From Octopus sinensis (taxonomy: Eukaryota), in NCBI RefSeq assembly GCF_006345805.1, contig NC_043001.1, positions 113,770,001 through 113,834,000 of the forward strand: a stretch of DNA of 64,000 nt, given 5' to 3'. The notes beneath the pieces are model-generated. The model made no database searches and had not been told where the DNA came from. It worked only from the letters and a program-made list of their open reading frames with translations. Position numbers and translations under genes: made by a program. Below, in pieces: positions 1 to 14,444 of the stretch (positions are counted from its first letter, which is position 1; the number at the start of each line of letters is the position of its first letter).

Positions 1-104
1 TCATTCGAAAATTGTAACTGTGTTAAGCTACTTCACCCTTTATATTTGTCTGTCCTTGTTTGTCCCCTCTTTCTAAATGCCTAAATGGCAAATTATATGA
101 AATA

Positions 105-484
105 AAGTAGTTTGCTAACCAACCACATGGTTCCGGGTTCAGTCCCACTGCGTGGCACCTTGGGCAAGTGTCTTCTGCTATAGCTCCGGGCCGACCAATG
201 CCTTGTGAGTGGATTTGGTAGACGGAAACTGAAAGAAGCCTGTCGTATATATGTATATATATGTGTGTATGTGTGTGTGTTTGTGTGTGTTTGTACCCCT
301 AGCATTGCTTGACAACCGATCCTGGTGTGTTTACGTCCCCGTCACTTAGCGGTTCGGCAAAAGAGACCGATAGAATAAGTACTGGGCTTACAAAGAATAA
401 GTCCCGGGGTCGATTTGCTCGACTAAAGGCGGTGCTCCAGCATGACCGCAGAGAAATGACTGAAACAAGTAAAAGAGTAAGAGT
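105..484 (+). mobile_element. tRNA-headed SINE family A (CORE-like), 5'-clipped
   Basis: Near-identical to 26537-26923 and the reverse complement of 52314-52722. B-box-like GGTTCAGTCC, CORE-like CCTTGGGCAAGTG, internal (TA)/(TG) tract, tail TGACTGAAACAAGTAAAAGAG. Confidence 0.85.
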
Positions 485-600
485 ATATATATATATACAT
501 ACATACACAAACACACACACACACACACACACATACATACATACATACATACATACATACATACATACATACATACATACATACATGCATGCATGCATGC
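485..600. repeat. (TA)/(CA)/(ACAT)/(GCAT) microsatellite
   Basis: Read directly. Confidence 0.95.
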
Positions 601-842
601 AGAGATAATGTTGCAAGTAAAGAGGTTTATTTGCATCCTTATCTCCATATCTGCTCACCTGGAAATCCCAATTTAACCACTCTTAACCCTGCGGATTTAG
701 TCCTCGGTAAAGATTTCGGAGTGTAAGTTCAAATGATTTCAGAGCTACAAAGTGTTTTCTATCTCTGTATCTCATCTGTTGATTCTATATATACAAATAC
801 AGATACACACTAACACACACACACAGATATATATGGTGAGGA

Positions 843-894
<52 letters not shown>

Positions 895-1139
895 AGGGTA
901 AGAAGGAACAGTAACAGTTGTGTAAATTTTCATTAGCTCATCCATCGCCACGCCGCTACATCAAACCATTTTTGTTTTCCTATTTATGCTAAAAAAGATT
1001 AAAATTAGTATTTCTAGCTTCGATTTTATTTTATCTTTTTTGAATTTTTTTTGTTTTGTTTTTCATTTCTCGTATTTTAGATCTTTTATATCGCCTTAAA
1101 GTACTCTGTAAGCTATACAACATCTTCATTTTCTACACC

Positions 1140-1903
1140 ACGCTGACGACGACGATGACGACGATGACGATGATGATGATAATGATGATCGTCTTCATCA
1201 TCCATATCATTATCATTAGCATCCTCCCCTTCATCTTTCTGCTCCTCCTCATCATCTTCCTTTTCCTCTGCCTCCCCATCCTCCTCCTCCCCTTCTTCTC
1301 CTCCTTCTTTTCCGCCTTCTGCTCTTCATCACCATGATGATCATCTTACTGCTTTATTAGTACTATCGCTGCTGATGTAGTTTTTATTGCTGTGTCGATG
1401 GCCGTCACTGGGGTTATTGTTGTTGGTGCTGTTGTTGTTGTTGTTGGTGGTGGTGGTGGCAGTGGTGGTGGTGCTGGGGCTGATGGTGTTATTATTTTTT
1501 AAAGCGATTTCTCTGTGTAGGTGTTACATAGCACTCAACCATTCATAAATGATAAGAGATTTATTGTTCTTATGCTTCTTGATTGCTTTAATAACAACAA
1601 CAATAACAACGACGACGACAATGATGTTGATGATTATGATGATGGTGATGATGACGACCACGACGACAACGATGATGATGATGATGATAATGATGATGAT
1701 GGTGTTTATATATATTTAAATCGGTATTGGTAATTGTCAGGGGCATTTCTGTATATCGTCACTGCCATCATCATCATTGTCATCATTATCGTCGTCATCA
1801 TCGTCGTCATCATCATCGTCATCATCATCATCATTGTCATTTTCATCATCGTCATCATCATCATTGTCATCTTAATCATCGTCATCATCATCATTGTCAT
1901 CAC

Positions 1904-1942
<39 letters not shown>

Positions 1943-2133
1943 AAGCATCATTACAACCACAAATCACCAACGCAATCAGCACCACCACCGCCACCACCCC
2001 TACCAACATAATCATCATCATTACAACCACCACTATCGCTATCATTGATATGTATTGGGAATATCTTCATCATCATTATCATCATCATCGTTTTCATCGT
2101 CACGGATATATATATATAAACATATATATATAT

Positions 2134-2166
<33 letters not shown>

Positions 2167-2305
2167 CTCCGTCATCATCTACGTCCTCGTCCTTCCACGT
2201 CATCATCGTCTGGTCATCATTTTTATTATCATTGTTCTCATTATTTTCTTCGTCGTCATCATCATCATCATCGTCGTCATAAACATCATCATCATCATCA
2301 TCATC
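1140..2305. repeat. Compound trinucleotide microsatellite field (GAC/GAT/TCC/GTT/GGT/CAT)
   Basis: Read directly; it explains the homopolymer-rich ORFs at 1056-2392. Confidence 0.95.
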
Positions 2306-2799
2306 CAGAACATTTACTTGATAGTCTGTGCTGTTTTCCGTCACCTGTCTGAATTTGATGCTCATAGTCTTAAAAATCTTTTTACTTATCACGTGACATT
2401 GTGTGACTGGGAGCGTCGGTCTGTGTTTCTATTCGCTTCTCACCCTGTTGCGGTGAGATTCTGTGTCGAACTGTGTCGCTCAATCTCTGTGTCTGTGTGT
2501 GCATAAGTGTGTGTGTGTGTGTGTGCGTGTATGTATGTGCGTGTGTATGTATGGGTATGTATGCGTGTATGCGTGTGGTGGTATATATTGTTATGGGTTG
2601 GTGTGCCAGTGTGTAGGTGGTTGTACTTTAGCAGAAATCTTCTCTAGGTGCTTTTGTTGCCTTCTATAAATGCATATAACATATATTGTATAATATATTA
2701 GTGTTAGTTTGTGGTGTTGTTGTTTGTTATTTATTCCATATGGGATATTGCCATCTTGCTTTTGTTGTTATTGCAGCAATTCGACATGTTTAGATATAC

Positions 2800-2866
<67 letters not shown>

Positions 2867-3771
2867 GGCACGCTCGTATCTACTTTCTTGCGTATATTTT
2901 TAAATGAATATAAACATATTTGTGTGTGTGTGTGTGTGTGTGTATTTCTGTACTTATAAATAAAAGGTGTGCATATATAAATAAATGATGTATAAGAATA
3001 ATTTCATTAAAATCATTTTAAATTACCAAACAGCGGCAGAAAATGGCAAACCAAGGACAAAATCAATGACGAAAACTTGTCAAAATGCGATGAGATCTAA
3101 ATATTTTTTTCACACTTCCATAAAATTAAGTGTAGTTAAAATGTGAAAGGTTTTAAAAATAGTTTGCCATAGTGAGTTTCGAGGCAATAATTAACTTTCG
3201 TGAAAATTATAGCAAATATATTCAGACAACCAGAATTAGAAAAAACACACAAACAAAAAAAAAAGGGGAAGATTTTAAACACACTCAATAAATAAAATAT
3301 ATATGAAGAAAATGCACAGATGTATCTAAACGTAGTATGTGTAGAGAATTCGTGCAATAACAGTCAGCATATACATCCATACATTTGTTTAAAATATGAG
3401 AAATTTTACGGGAACTCGAAAAATTTTGATAATTTTTCCGTCGGCAAATTCGACAACTTAAAAATAGGGTGTGAAATCTTTCTGTATATGTGATTTAAAA
3501 AGCTGCCATCGTTTCAGCTTTATCTTAAATTTAATCTACTCGAGCGCTCATTCATTCTTACTTTAAAACACAAACTCTTTTTTTATATATATAACAACGG
3601 CCAGCATAGACATTGGCGACACAACTCTTTACACTATACACTTGTGAAAATCTATTGTGAAACCGGTGAAGTGTATATTTATATTTTAAGATATAATTAA
3701 ATTCTAATTACTTCAGCTTCATTTCATCTATCCATTCACTTGATTGGATTAATGACAATTTTATGTGTGTG

Positions 3772-3807
<36 letters not shown>

Positions 3808-4213
3808 CATGTGTGTGTGGGTGGATGAATGTGTGTGTGCGTGCGCATAATTAATATGATATGTTAGTTACGAAGTTTTCTTCTAAACTAAGTACTTTTG
3901 GATTTAGTCACACCTTGCTTAAGTATCTCCTGTTGCACTTTTCGCCAATAAAATTCACTCACGACATGTCAGGTAACATCTCGCTTCGCGAAAGGAGGCT
4001 GAGATTGTTAGCAGCCGACTTGAAATACCTACATATTTGTAGTTACTCTATATCATAGCAGTACGACATAGAATAAGTGCCAAGGTTTAAAAAAAAAAAA
4101 CGAGTACTGTGTTTGAATCATTCGTCTAAATTCTTCGAGGTGGTACCCAGTATGGCCGCAGTCTAACGACTGAAGCAAGTAGAATATAAAAGATAGTAAC
4201 AGTTTCACACCAC

Positions 4214-4273
4214 GCCCGAACGCTTAAAGTTTCGTGGCGAAAAAAACAAGTCCACATCATCAGATGTTCGGGC
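4214..4273 (-). ncRNA. Hammerhead ribozyme-like motif (type I, degenerate stem III)
   Basis: Minus strand: GCCCGAAC-AT-CTGATGA-T-GTGG..CCAC-GAAAC-TTTAAGC-GTTCGGGC. 8-bp stem I, intact core, 4-bp stem II. Confidence 0.55.
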
Positions 4274-4600
4274 ATAATCGCAGTCGAACATACACATGAA
4301 ACGGCGCTGTGAGTGAAAGAAAATGATCTGGCAATATAAACGACTTTGCCAACATGATGCCCCAGCCCACGACTTCAGTTCTTTGCGACATTTTTACATC
4401 TGAAACCAGCCTAAAAGCCATATTTAACTCCTAATCCTAACATCAACTGCAATATTTTTAAGGTTACCCTTGTTATTGACCTGTCCATTTCCTGGTTCCG
4501 TTTATAGAAATATATTATCCGTTTGTGCTCGCATTTTCTTGAGCATACTTATATTAATGTAAGTATTATGTATATGTGCGCGAACATATGATATATAGAA

Positions 4601-4888
4601 GAGACGCGTGATTTAGTGGCCAAGGTATTCGGCCCATGATTTTACGATCGTGTGTTTCCCGGCTGTGTGTAAGACACTATTTCTCATATCCCAGTCCATT
4701 CAGCTGGCAAAAATGAGTAGCCAGTCCTTTCTCATTCAAAGAGCCAGCCTTTTCACATTCTGTGTCACGCTGAATCTGCCTGAGAACTACGATAAGGATA
4801 CGCATATCTGTGGAGTGCTCAGCCATTTCCACGTTTCGTTGATCCGATGAACTGGATAACACACGTCGTCGTAACTGACGGAGAGTCA
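4601..4888 (+). mobile_element. Decayed SINE family C (tail type 1)
   Basis: TCTGTGTCACGCTGAATCTGCCTGAGAACTAC and GTCGTCGTAACTGACGGAG match 46157-46531. Confidence 0.7.
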
Positions 4889-7212
4889 GACACAGCTACA
4901 ATTCTTATACACAGAAATATTTGGCGTACAGTAAATGATTTGAAACTTTATAATTTTCTAGAAACTACCAGGAAATTAATTAAGTGTTTAACCATTAAAC
5001 AAATCATATCCTGCCGAATAATAAGTAAAGGGAGAACTCAAAACTCTTGCTATTTGTCCTTTGGGGCTAAGAAATCTGGTAACATCATAATATTAATAAG
5101 GAGACTTCTTTGAAGAGTTTACTTGATTTTACATTTGTTATTTTCATTAGCAACCCAATTTAGATCAGCACAAGTAGAAAGTATACTTTGACCACAGTTT
5201 ATACGTTGTGCTACAACTTTCGTTAATTGCAGTAGTAAAGGGGATTCTAAGAATCACACAATTTGCTGCAAATAATAGCAAAACTCCAAGATCACCCAAT
5301 ACTTATGTTTTGTATGTCCTTACACATGCACTCACACATATATGTATATATATGTGTGTGCGCGTATGTGGATGTGAGCGAGTGTGTATATGTTTATAGA
5401 TACATATAAGTGTGTGTGTGTGGGGGGGGGTGTTTGCATGTATGTACCTATCTATCTGAGTAATGTTGTCTACGATACATCAGACTCTAATCAGAGCCGT
5501 ATTGATCACGGCTTTGAACATATTTCTTCACGGTCTCCTTTTTCTGTGTTGACACAGAGAACAATTTAGACGGGCAGCTATGACAATAAATATATATACA
5601 TATATAAACACACACGCACGCACACACACACATAAATGTTTATATGTTTATGTATATGTGGTGTGTGTGTGTGCAAGGGCAAGTTCATGCAATTCTATGT
5701 GAATATTTAATATATATATATATAATTCAGTTACCCACCATTCTGAAGTTGGGTTACAACAAATTAGCCAAAAAGATGATGCCTTTCAGTTGCTGGAAAT
5801 AGCAGCCGAATTCTGCCTCAAATCGAACACGAAACTGATTGGCCTAAACAGAGATGGATACCTTAAAGTTTTAAAATTCCTTAAAAAGACTGGATGGTTA
5901 TATGTGTACATACTATACATAGAAAATTTTGATCTTAGTTTTTCAAGCTGCAATAACACCACCAACAGCAACATCAGCATTAGCTTTCTTTAAGTAGTCG
6001 AAACTGTTCTAAATCAATTAGTGAATCCTTTCCTCGATAATAATTTTTAACTGGGCAAGTCGAGTTGTATCTGTGGATGTATTAGCAATAATCTACATTT
6101 CAACTTGTCATGTGAAATAATCTGACACGTAATTAAAACGGGATACGCCCCCTGTTCCTATCAGTAGGATATTAATTTGATAAAGGTAAAGCTTATGTGT
6201 CTAGCTCAAGTAAAAAAAAAGTCAAGAATAGCTAGAAAAAATATGTATATATCAGCACGAATTTCATTATTTCTTTAATTATAAAATATACTCACACCTG
6301 TACCCACATCCACTACCACCACCAGCAATAACAACAACAACACCACGATCGCCACACGCAACATGTCTTTGAATGCACACGTTAAGATATTTTGCACACC
6401 CAGTCGTAAATGAAGCATTTATTCAAATGAATGCTCTTTCAATATATGTGCATGCATTCAAAGCATTGCACTAAGGAACATATACACGCATACCCAGAAA
6501 GAACAGCTTTGAAAATAAATGTGAAATATATGGTTCCGTATTCTTCTTCTGTATATCCGGGAACTCGCTTTGGTCGAGCCCAACAAAGTTGAGATTGTAT
6601 AGATTGAATATGTAGTAGGATATATAGTAGGAAATGGGAAGTCAGCGATGTCTTTGTTTACATAAATGTTTCTCATACGAAAACGTTTGAAAAGCCAACA
6701 GAACTAAACCATTAATTTCATTATCAATATGCATTTGTAGATAATTTCAAGATATAACCTTTAATTTCACCCGACGAATAATCTATGTTCAACAATACAA
6801 ACATACTTCTATTTATTGAACTAATGAAATTATCTTTGTATGGTTTCTTAGTGGAGTATAGATAAGCTAAGATGAACATCAAATTAATTCAGCCAACTAC
6901 TGGCAGACTGCAGAAGTTTACAACGATATTTATAGCAATAGTATAAGGCAGAATACAGAACCTGTGCAGAGTTTCGACCGTCAGTATTGTTATAATAATA
7001 TGACTTTGTTTACATAAAAGTGATACGCTTATTTTGTGATGTCGTACATTTATAATGTGTGTTTTCCTTCACATGGTGCAAGTAAGTGTTAAATACAACC
7101 ATGCGGCAAAGTATATGGAGTTCGCTCCATGTGTGTGTTGATAGTTAGATAATAAAATTTACACCATAAGCTCCCTGGGATATCAGTGTAGCTTCTGCAT
7201 GAATATATCTAT

Positions 7213-7245
<33 letters not shown>

Positions 7246-7406
7246 GAGAGAGAGAGAGGGGGGAAGAAGGAGAGAAATAATTGAGATTCACATGAATTAG
7301 GGACTTAAGTTCAAGTAGTTTCTTAGCTAAAATAGCGACAACATGAATTTCTTCCATCTTCTTATATTAATGTGTCCTACTTGTTAAAATTTTATTTATT
7401 TATTTG

Positions 7407-7492
7407 TGCAGCTGAAGATGGCACTGCATTTAAACTGATGTAATGATTGAATTGTTCAATTAAATGGGGCAGCTTGAAACGATCGTACTGCA
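7407..7492 (+). ncRNA. Minimal type-I hammerhead ribozyme motif (Penelope-type)
   Basis: TGCAG-CTGAAGA-[long, partly paired stem II]-GAAAC-GATC-GTA-CTGCA. Palindromic stem III, GUA triplet. Confidence 0.65.
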
Positions 7493-8561
7493 TCACTACT
7501 TGATATCTTGATGCTTATTTTGATATATATATATATATATATATAATATTAGGATTATAAAATGGGCTCTGCTACAAACCTATGCATTAATTGCATACAC
7601 ATGCACAAACATGTGATAATGGTATATAAGTAGACAAGTATTACAGAAGCAAGTGAATTCTTACTTGAACCAAAGTTGATAGAATGTGAATCCGAAACAG
7701 TTTTGTTAACGTATACTGAAATGGAACATTCTGGTAGGATAGACAAACTCAAAGCGCAAAACAAAACTAAAAAGCGTTACTAAAGGAGTCTATACGATTT
7801 GAAGATTCCTATGCCAGATATATTAATTTCAAAATATTACACACACACAAGCCCTATTTCTCATGGATGAAAGACAATTTGTCTATAACTCGGAAGGGAG
7901 GTGTCTGGTAGATCTGCCATAGATATGACTATGTTGATATCGTACTGGCTATTCGAGATAAGAGAAAATAACTAATAATGATAAATGGGGAGACTTTATG
8001 ACTGCTCTCATTATGCTTAAGATACTGGAGTTTAGCCCTAGGTCAGAATCATTGTGCAAATGTATACCCAAAGATGCTCCGGTCGAGACGTCCCCATAAA
8101 AGGCGACAATAAAATTAACAAACTTGTATTTCCTAGTTTTAAAATAGAAAGGTGAGATTTTAAGAAGATATGACTATCGTAACTAGCACGTAGATTGAAT
8201 GCAAACTGGATATTTGAATTGTTGAAGGGGAATGTGGCAGATAGTTCTGTGGGTCCTTCTTGATTAATGAGAATGAGCTGACCTTTTGAATTCTCCCCGA
8301 AGGCTAATCGTTCAAACGTACTTCTTATCGTTTCTATCTTTCTATAACAGATTGTTTTCCCTTTTGTCGTCTAAAAATTCTTCAACCTGGTGCCACAGCA
8401 TGTTCACAGTCTAATAACTGCAATAAATAAAAGAGAAAAAAATTATTCAAGGCGGTGCGCCAGCATGACCACAGTCTAGTGACTGAAACAAATAAAGAGG
8501 AAAAAACCCCGAAAAATATAACCGAAGGTGTTTGTTCGGTTTCACACTTTAACTGTATTTA

Positions 8562-9177
8562 ATTCTTTATTGCCCACAGAGGGCTAAACACAGGAGACAA
8601 GCAAGGACAGACAAAAGGATTAAGTCGATTACATTGAACCCAGCGCGTAACTGGTATTTAATTAATCGACCCTAAAAGGATGAAAAGCAAACTTGACCTC
8701 GGCAGAATTTGAACTCAGAACGTAAAGACAGACGAAATACAACTAAGCATTTCTCCCGGCGTGCTAAAGATTTTTATTTCTTTATTGCTCACAAGTGGCT
8801 AAACATAGAGGGGACAAATGAGGACAGACAAACGGATTAAGTCGATTACATCCACCCCAGTGCGTAATTGGTACTTAATTAATCGGACCTAAAAGTCGAC
8901 CTCGGCGGAATTTGAACTCAGAACGTAGCGGCAAACGAAATACCTATTTCTTTACTACCCACAAGGGGCTAAACACAGAGAGGACAAACAGGGACAGACA
9001 AAAGGATTAAGTCGATTATATCGACCCCAGTGCTTAACAGGTACTTATTTAATCGACCCGGAAAGGATGAAAAGCAAAGTCGACCTCGGCTGAATTTGAA
9101 CTTAGAACGTAGCGGCAGACGAAATACTGCTAAGCATTTCACCCGGGGTGGTAACGTTTCTGCCAGCTCGCCGCCTT
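8562..9177 (-). mobile_element. SINE family B (Meta-domain-like), three tandem units
   Basis: Repeated GACCTCGGC..AATTTGAACT head segment and CCCCTTGTGGG-type tail; matches 59904-60133. Confidence 0.85.
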
Positions 9178-9766
9178 TTCCTACTTTATCTATAGGGGTT
9201 TTGTCCAAGGGAGTGTTTTGTCTCAGAGGTTTTCGTCCTACACTCACAAATATATGTGTGTGTTGTGTGTGTGTGTGTGCATGTAAATACGGTCATGCAT
9301 ATATGTGTGGGAATGCATGCTTGTGTCTGTGTATATATTTATGTACATATGTAAATATTTGTATTTCTATACTGGCATTTCCAGTAAAAAAGTCTGATAC
9401 ACATTTCTGAACAAAGAAGTATTTTTGCATAACGTATATATATAAAAAACAAAAAAAAAACTAAAACATACGCTCGCAACCACATATATTCATAAATGCC
9501 AACATTTCTAGTTATCTTAGAGTTTATCTTCTTCCCCCAATTCTGTGTCCATGTATACATCAACTTATATACATCAACATCAATATAAGTTGATGTCTTT
9601 TGGGGAGTGACCAAATGTTGCCCTCATTTTCTATTTCCAACCAACGACTTATGCATTTATGACAAATCTGTTAAACTTAGAATTGGAAAATACATTCCTT
9701 TTCTCTAAGAAATGCAAAAGCAATATAACATAGTAATAGAAACTGAAGTTGATTTTATTTAAGCCG

Positions 9767-9910
9767 TGTTGCTGTTGTTGTTGTTGTTGTTGTTCTTCTT
9801 CTTCTTCTTCTTCTTCTTCTTCTTCTTCTTCTTCTTCTTCTTCTTCTTCTTCTTCTTCTTCTTCTTCTTCTTCTTCTTCTTCTTCTTCGTCGTCGTCGTC
9901 GTCGTCGTCG
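9767..9910. repeat. (TTG)n-(TTC)n-(GTC)n compound microsatellite
   Basis: Read directly. Confidence 0.95.
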
Positions 9911-11555
9911 TATTCTTAGAATCTCAGCTTCATTACATACATACATACACACATACATTACATACATACATACATATATATATATATACATATTTAAATG
10001 CACAGTGCTGCAGTGTCTGTACTTGGCAAAAGTTCCTGTTACCTCGCCGTATCCATTTGACAAACTGAGACAAACTTTTGCAACAAGCGTCACATTTACA
10101 TCTAGCAGCAGATTGATCTTTTCCGATGTTATAAGGGAAACTATTCCAAGGATATATTCATACTGCGCCGCTGTTGATTTTGGTATTAGATATTTTATAA
10201 AATTTCATACAAAAATCCAATGGCTACATGATCCGTCTGAAAATGCTTCAGTGACCATTTGCTATTCATAATTTACCTCTGGATAACCTTCGGATATATG
10301 CTAGAAGATACTAAGAACAAGTAGATAGTGAGCTGAGAATAATACATTTGGCATAGAAATGTATGGTTCTCAGAGCTCTCCTCTTAGAAGACAATATTTC
10401 AAAAGGTATTTTCAATGCCAGTGCTGATACAAGCATTTACGGTACTTGGTTAGTTTGAGAAATTGTTTTATTATCGACTCTCCGGCGATGGTGTTTATTT
10501 TTTTCCTTGTAGGAAACTAGCTCCTTCTCTGCAAAAATAATTCAAACAATTACTAGCATACATGCTGGTGAGTTTGCGTCCCCGCAACTTAGCGGTTCGG
10601 CAAAAGAGCCCGATAGAATAAGTACTAGGCACGCACACACATACACACACACACACGCACGCACGCACGCACGCACACACACGCACACATACACACACAC
10701 ACCCGAACAGAAACACACACGCAATTTAGAAATCCAGTTATATCTTATTCAATATACAGTTTCAACTCGCTGTGAAAGGTAAATGAAATGCTTACATTAC
10801 ATGTAAGAATTTCATTAGTCTTCCTAGAAATTATCCAGAGAAAATATGCTAAATTTTCTGTCTCATATATACGTGTGTGTGCGTGTATTCAAAAAGTGAA
10901 TAGAGGCGCAAGGAACGAACGGAATATTCTCACATCCGATACAGACGTGATCCTTCCTTGTCATTTATCGTCAAAAATTTCATTACAATTTTCCGCTTGT
11001 AACTCTCTTATTGTTCCTTTTTCGCGGCGTCAACAGTGAAAAACTGCTGAAGAAAGCGAGCACACGTTGAAGACAGTGATAAAAGCAAACACGACATTCA
11101 AATGCGAATAGCCAAGGAAAGAAATATGCGATATACAAACAAAATAAGAACTGTACGATTCTGAGGTATGATACATGTATCGTAACGCAATGGAAAATAT
11201 CTTAAAGGACCAGAAACTCTCGAAAAGCTAACTCCCAATGGAGTGGCACATTGTCTTTCTGCAAAATACCTGTTGGTCGCAAGTCTCGTACAAAAACATT
11301 AATATGATAGATCAAGGTAAGTGTTGTACAGATAATTCATGGAAACATTATGCATAAACACGCACGTACATGCACACACTCATACCCACACACACAGAGA
11401 TAAGTATGAGTATGTGTGTGTATGATGTGCATACATACATGTATACACGCATACATATACGCATGCCCACATACATACAAACATGCACACATACAAACAT
11501 ACATACATATATACATACATACATACATACATACATAGAATGCAGGAAAAGCAGT

Positions 11556-12472
11556 TAAATGTGACAAGCGATGCAGACTTAGTGGAGTTAACACCAAAGA
11601 TATCACCCACATCATAAGCAGGTGTCGGGAAATGTCCTCACGATATTATCTAACGATGAGACATGATATTGTAACTACGACACTCTATAATGAAACCCGT
11701 CGAAGGATAACCCCGAGGACAAAGAAATGAGAACCTACAGTAAGGTAGAAGTCATAACCACTCATAACAAAATCGAGTACGGGTAGAATATCCCAGAGAA
11801 TACCTCAATAAAATGTAAGTACAACATAACTGATATAATCGTTTGGGATAAGGAAAAGAAACTGTGCACAGTTGTGGAAATTAGTTGCTCAGCGGATGTT
11901 AATATGAAGCTGAAGTTCAGTGAAAAAGAGAATGCCTACGCTGAAGTATTGAGAAATCTGCAGTTATTCTATCCAGGTTACAAGTTCAGGTTTATACCTG
12001 TAATTATTGGGACCTTAAGGTATATAACCACCGTGATCACCGTGACCGACCATGCCATCAGATGTTGTTACACATCGCTAGTCACAATGCATTGTTTTAG
12101 ACTTCAAATGACGCCACCCCGCTGGCTAAGCGAGCAGGCCAACAGAAGTAAGAGTGAGAGAAAGTTGTGGCGAAAGAGTACAGCAGGGATCACCACCACT
12201 CCCTGCCGGAGCCTCGTGGAGATTTTAGGTGTTTTCGCTCAATAAACACTCACAACGCCCAGTCTGGGAATCGAAACCGCGATCCTACGACCGCTGCCCT
12301 AACCACTAGGCCATTGCGCCTCCACAGGTATATAACACACTGCCTAAATAACAATCTTGAGAAATTAAGTCTTCTGAAACCTGAAATGGGTAGGGCAATT
12401 GGAAGACTACAGAAACAATACATCAACGGAACTGTAAATATCTGTAACACTTGCCAAAAATTTATCATTTGA
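11556..12472 (+). pseudogene. Decayed 3' part of an RLE-type non-LTR retrotransposon (R4/Dong-like), interrupted by a SINE
   Basis: Translates as KCDKRCRLSG..DITHIISRC..RYYLTMRHD (decayed CCHC knuckle), then DIIVWDKEKKLCTVVEISC..KENAY..FIPVIIG (PD-(D/E)xK nuclease-like). Stops and frameshifts present. Confidence 0.8.
12029..12325 (-). mobile_element. SINE family C (tRNA head, tail type 2) with 11-bp TSD
   Basis: TSD AGGTATATAAC at 12018-12028 and 12326-12336; matches 51757-52058. Confidence 0.9.
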
Positions 12473-12645
12473 ATATATATGAGTATGTCTAAATATGCAA
12501 CTACATGCAAGAGAATATATACATAAAGCAAAACATACAAATCTGCTCATACACATACATACAAACAAAAATACCCTATTGCTGATGTTGAAGCTCCAAT
12601 GAAGGCGCCTTGAATCTAGGCTAGAAATCGGCTGTTCCTCCATTG

Positions 12646-13300
12646 CATACATACATACAGCATACATGCATACATACATACATACATACATACATACATA
12701 CATACATACATACATACATACATACATACATACATACATACATACATACATACATACATACATACATACATACATACATACATACATACATACATACATA
12801 CATACAAACATACATGCATGCATGCATACATACATACATACATACATACATACATGCATACATGCATGCATACATGCATGCATGCATACATACATACATA
12901 CATGCATGCATGCATGCATACATACGTACATACATACATACATGCATACATACAAAGATACATACATACATACATGCATACATACATACAAACATACATG
13001 CATGCATACATACATACATACATACATGCATACATGCATGCATGGATGCATACATGCATGCATGCATACATACATACATACATGCATGCATGCATACATA
13101 CGTACATACATACATACATGCATGCATACATACATGCATACATACATATATACATACATACATGCATGCATGCATACACACATACATACATATATACATG
13201 CATGCATGCATGCATACATACATACATACATACATACATACATACATACATACATACATACATACATACATACATACATACATACATACATACATACGTA
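12646..13300. repeat. About 650-bp (ACAT)n/(GCAT)n tetranucleotide array
   Basis: Read directly; source of the 160-300 aa spurious ORFs. Confidence 0.97.
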
Positions 13301-13815
13301 TGTACATAAATACACATATACGTACGTACGTAATGTACCAGGGTGCGATTTGCTTTGAAATATGTTGTACTAAAGATACTGCTATGTTCGAATTAAAGCG
13401 TGTATATTAATGATTATTTTTCATTTGTTTTTTACGTTCATCTTGCAAGGGTATCATCCCTTACTTCATCAGTATTTCTCATTCACGTCCAATAACGAAG
13501 CACAAACGCCTTCTCGGTCACATCTTCTGAATGAAGTGGTAATAATGCCAAATTAGTTGGATCGTGTTATGCAATGGCAGAAAGGATCAAAGAGAATCAT
13601 GCTTTTACAGAGAAGACTTAGCATTGGTGTATTAACAGATTTTTATGTTTACCTTCAAAATGAATCATTCGTTTATTTCAAGCGTGATGAATGTGCGCAT
13701 TGTAGCTTTACTAGTATTTTATGATCAAGAAACATTCCATAGCTAATCTTCGATCTTATGGTTATGAATTTGATATAGAAAAAAATTAGCTATCCTTTCC
13801 TATATATAATTGCAG

Positions 13816-13926
<111 letters not shown>

Positions 13927-14444
13927 TGTGTATGTGTGTGTGCATATGTTTGATGATTTTAAATCCTCCAAAACGGTTTTGAATTCACTTTGTTCGTGTA
14001 ATATTTCGCGCTGTATCGTCTTCAAGTTCTACTTTCAAAAACGATTTCAGTTTTTCAGTTTCTAAATTCTTATGCTGTAATCATTACACGCACGCACACA
14101 GACACACACACACACACCTATATATATATATATATATACACACACGCATGATTTATTCTCAGAAAGCAGGTGTTGTCGATGGTTTTCTTGTACAGGTTTC
14201 CATCACACGATTACATTCACAAGTGACACATATCTTTATTCAATATTCAATTCTAAATCAATCAAAATGGTAATATATATACATTTCGTATTTGCTTCAA
14301 AAATTTTTATATGCGAAGCTACGTAACGAAACATATCTTCATTTGCCCCTTTGGCAATAAAAATACATTTTTACTGTTTGTCAGGTAATTTATTCATCAA
14401 CCAATCAGCAAATAAAAAGTATGACTAATCGCTTGATACATCAA

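Noticed and set aside
652-760. Minus-strand CAG|GTGAG splice donor
   Set aside because: All three upstream frames contain stops; a UTR exon cannot be supported from sequence alone.
11235-11322. AAG|GTAAGT donor after a short ATG frame
   Set aside because: No recognisable protein or partner exon; such motifs occur by chance.
12407-13410. Longest ORFs (160-302 aa)
   Set aside because: They are translations of the (ACAT)n array, open in many frames, and not genes.
13431-13478. Minus-strand CTGATGA followed by a hairpin
   Set aside because: No GAAA or stem I.
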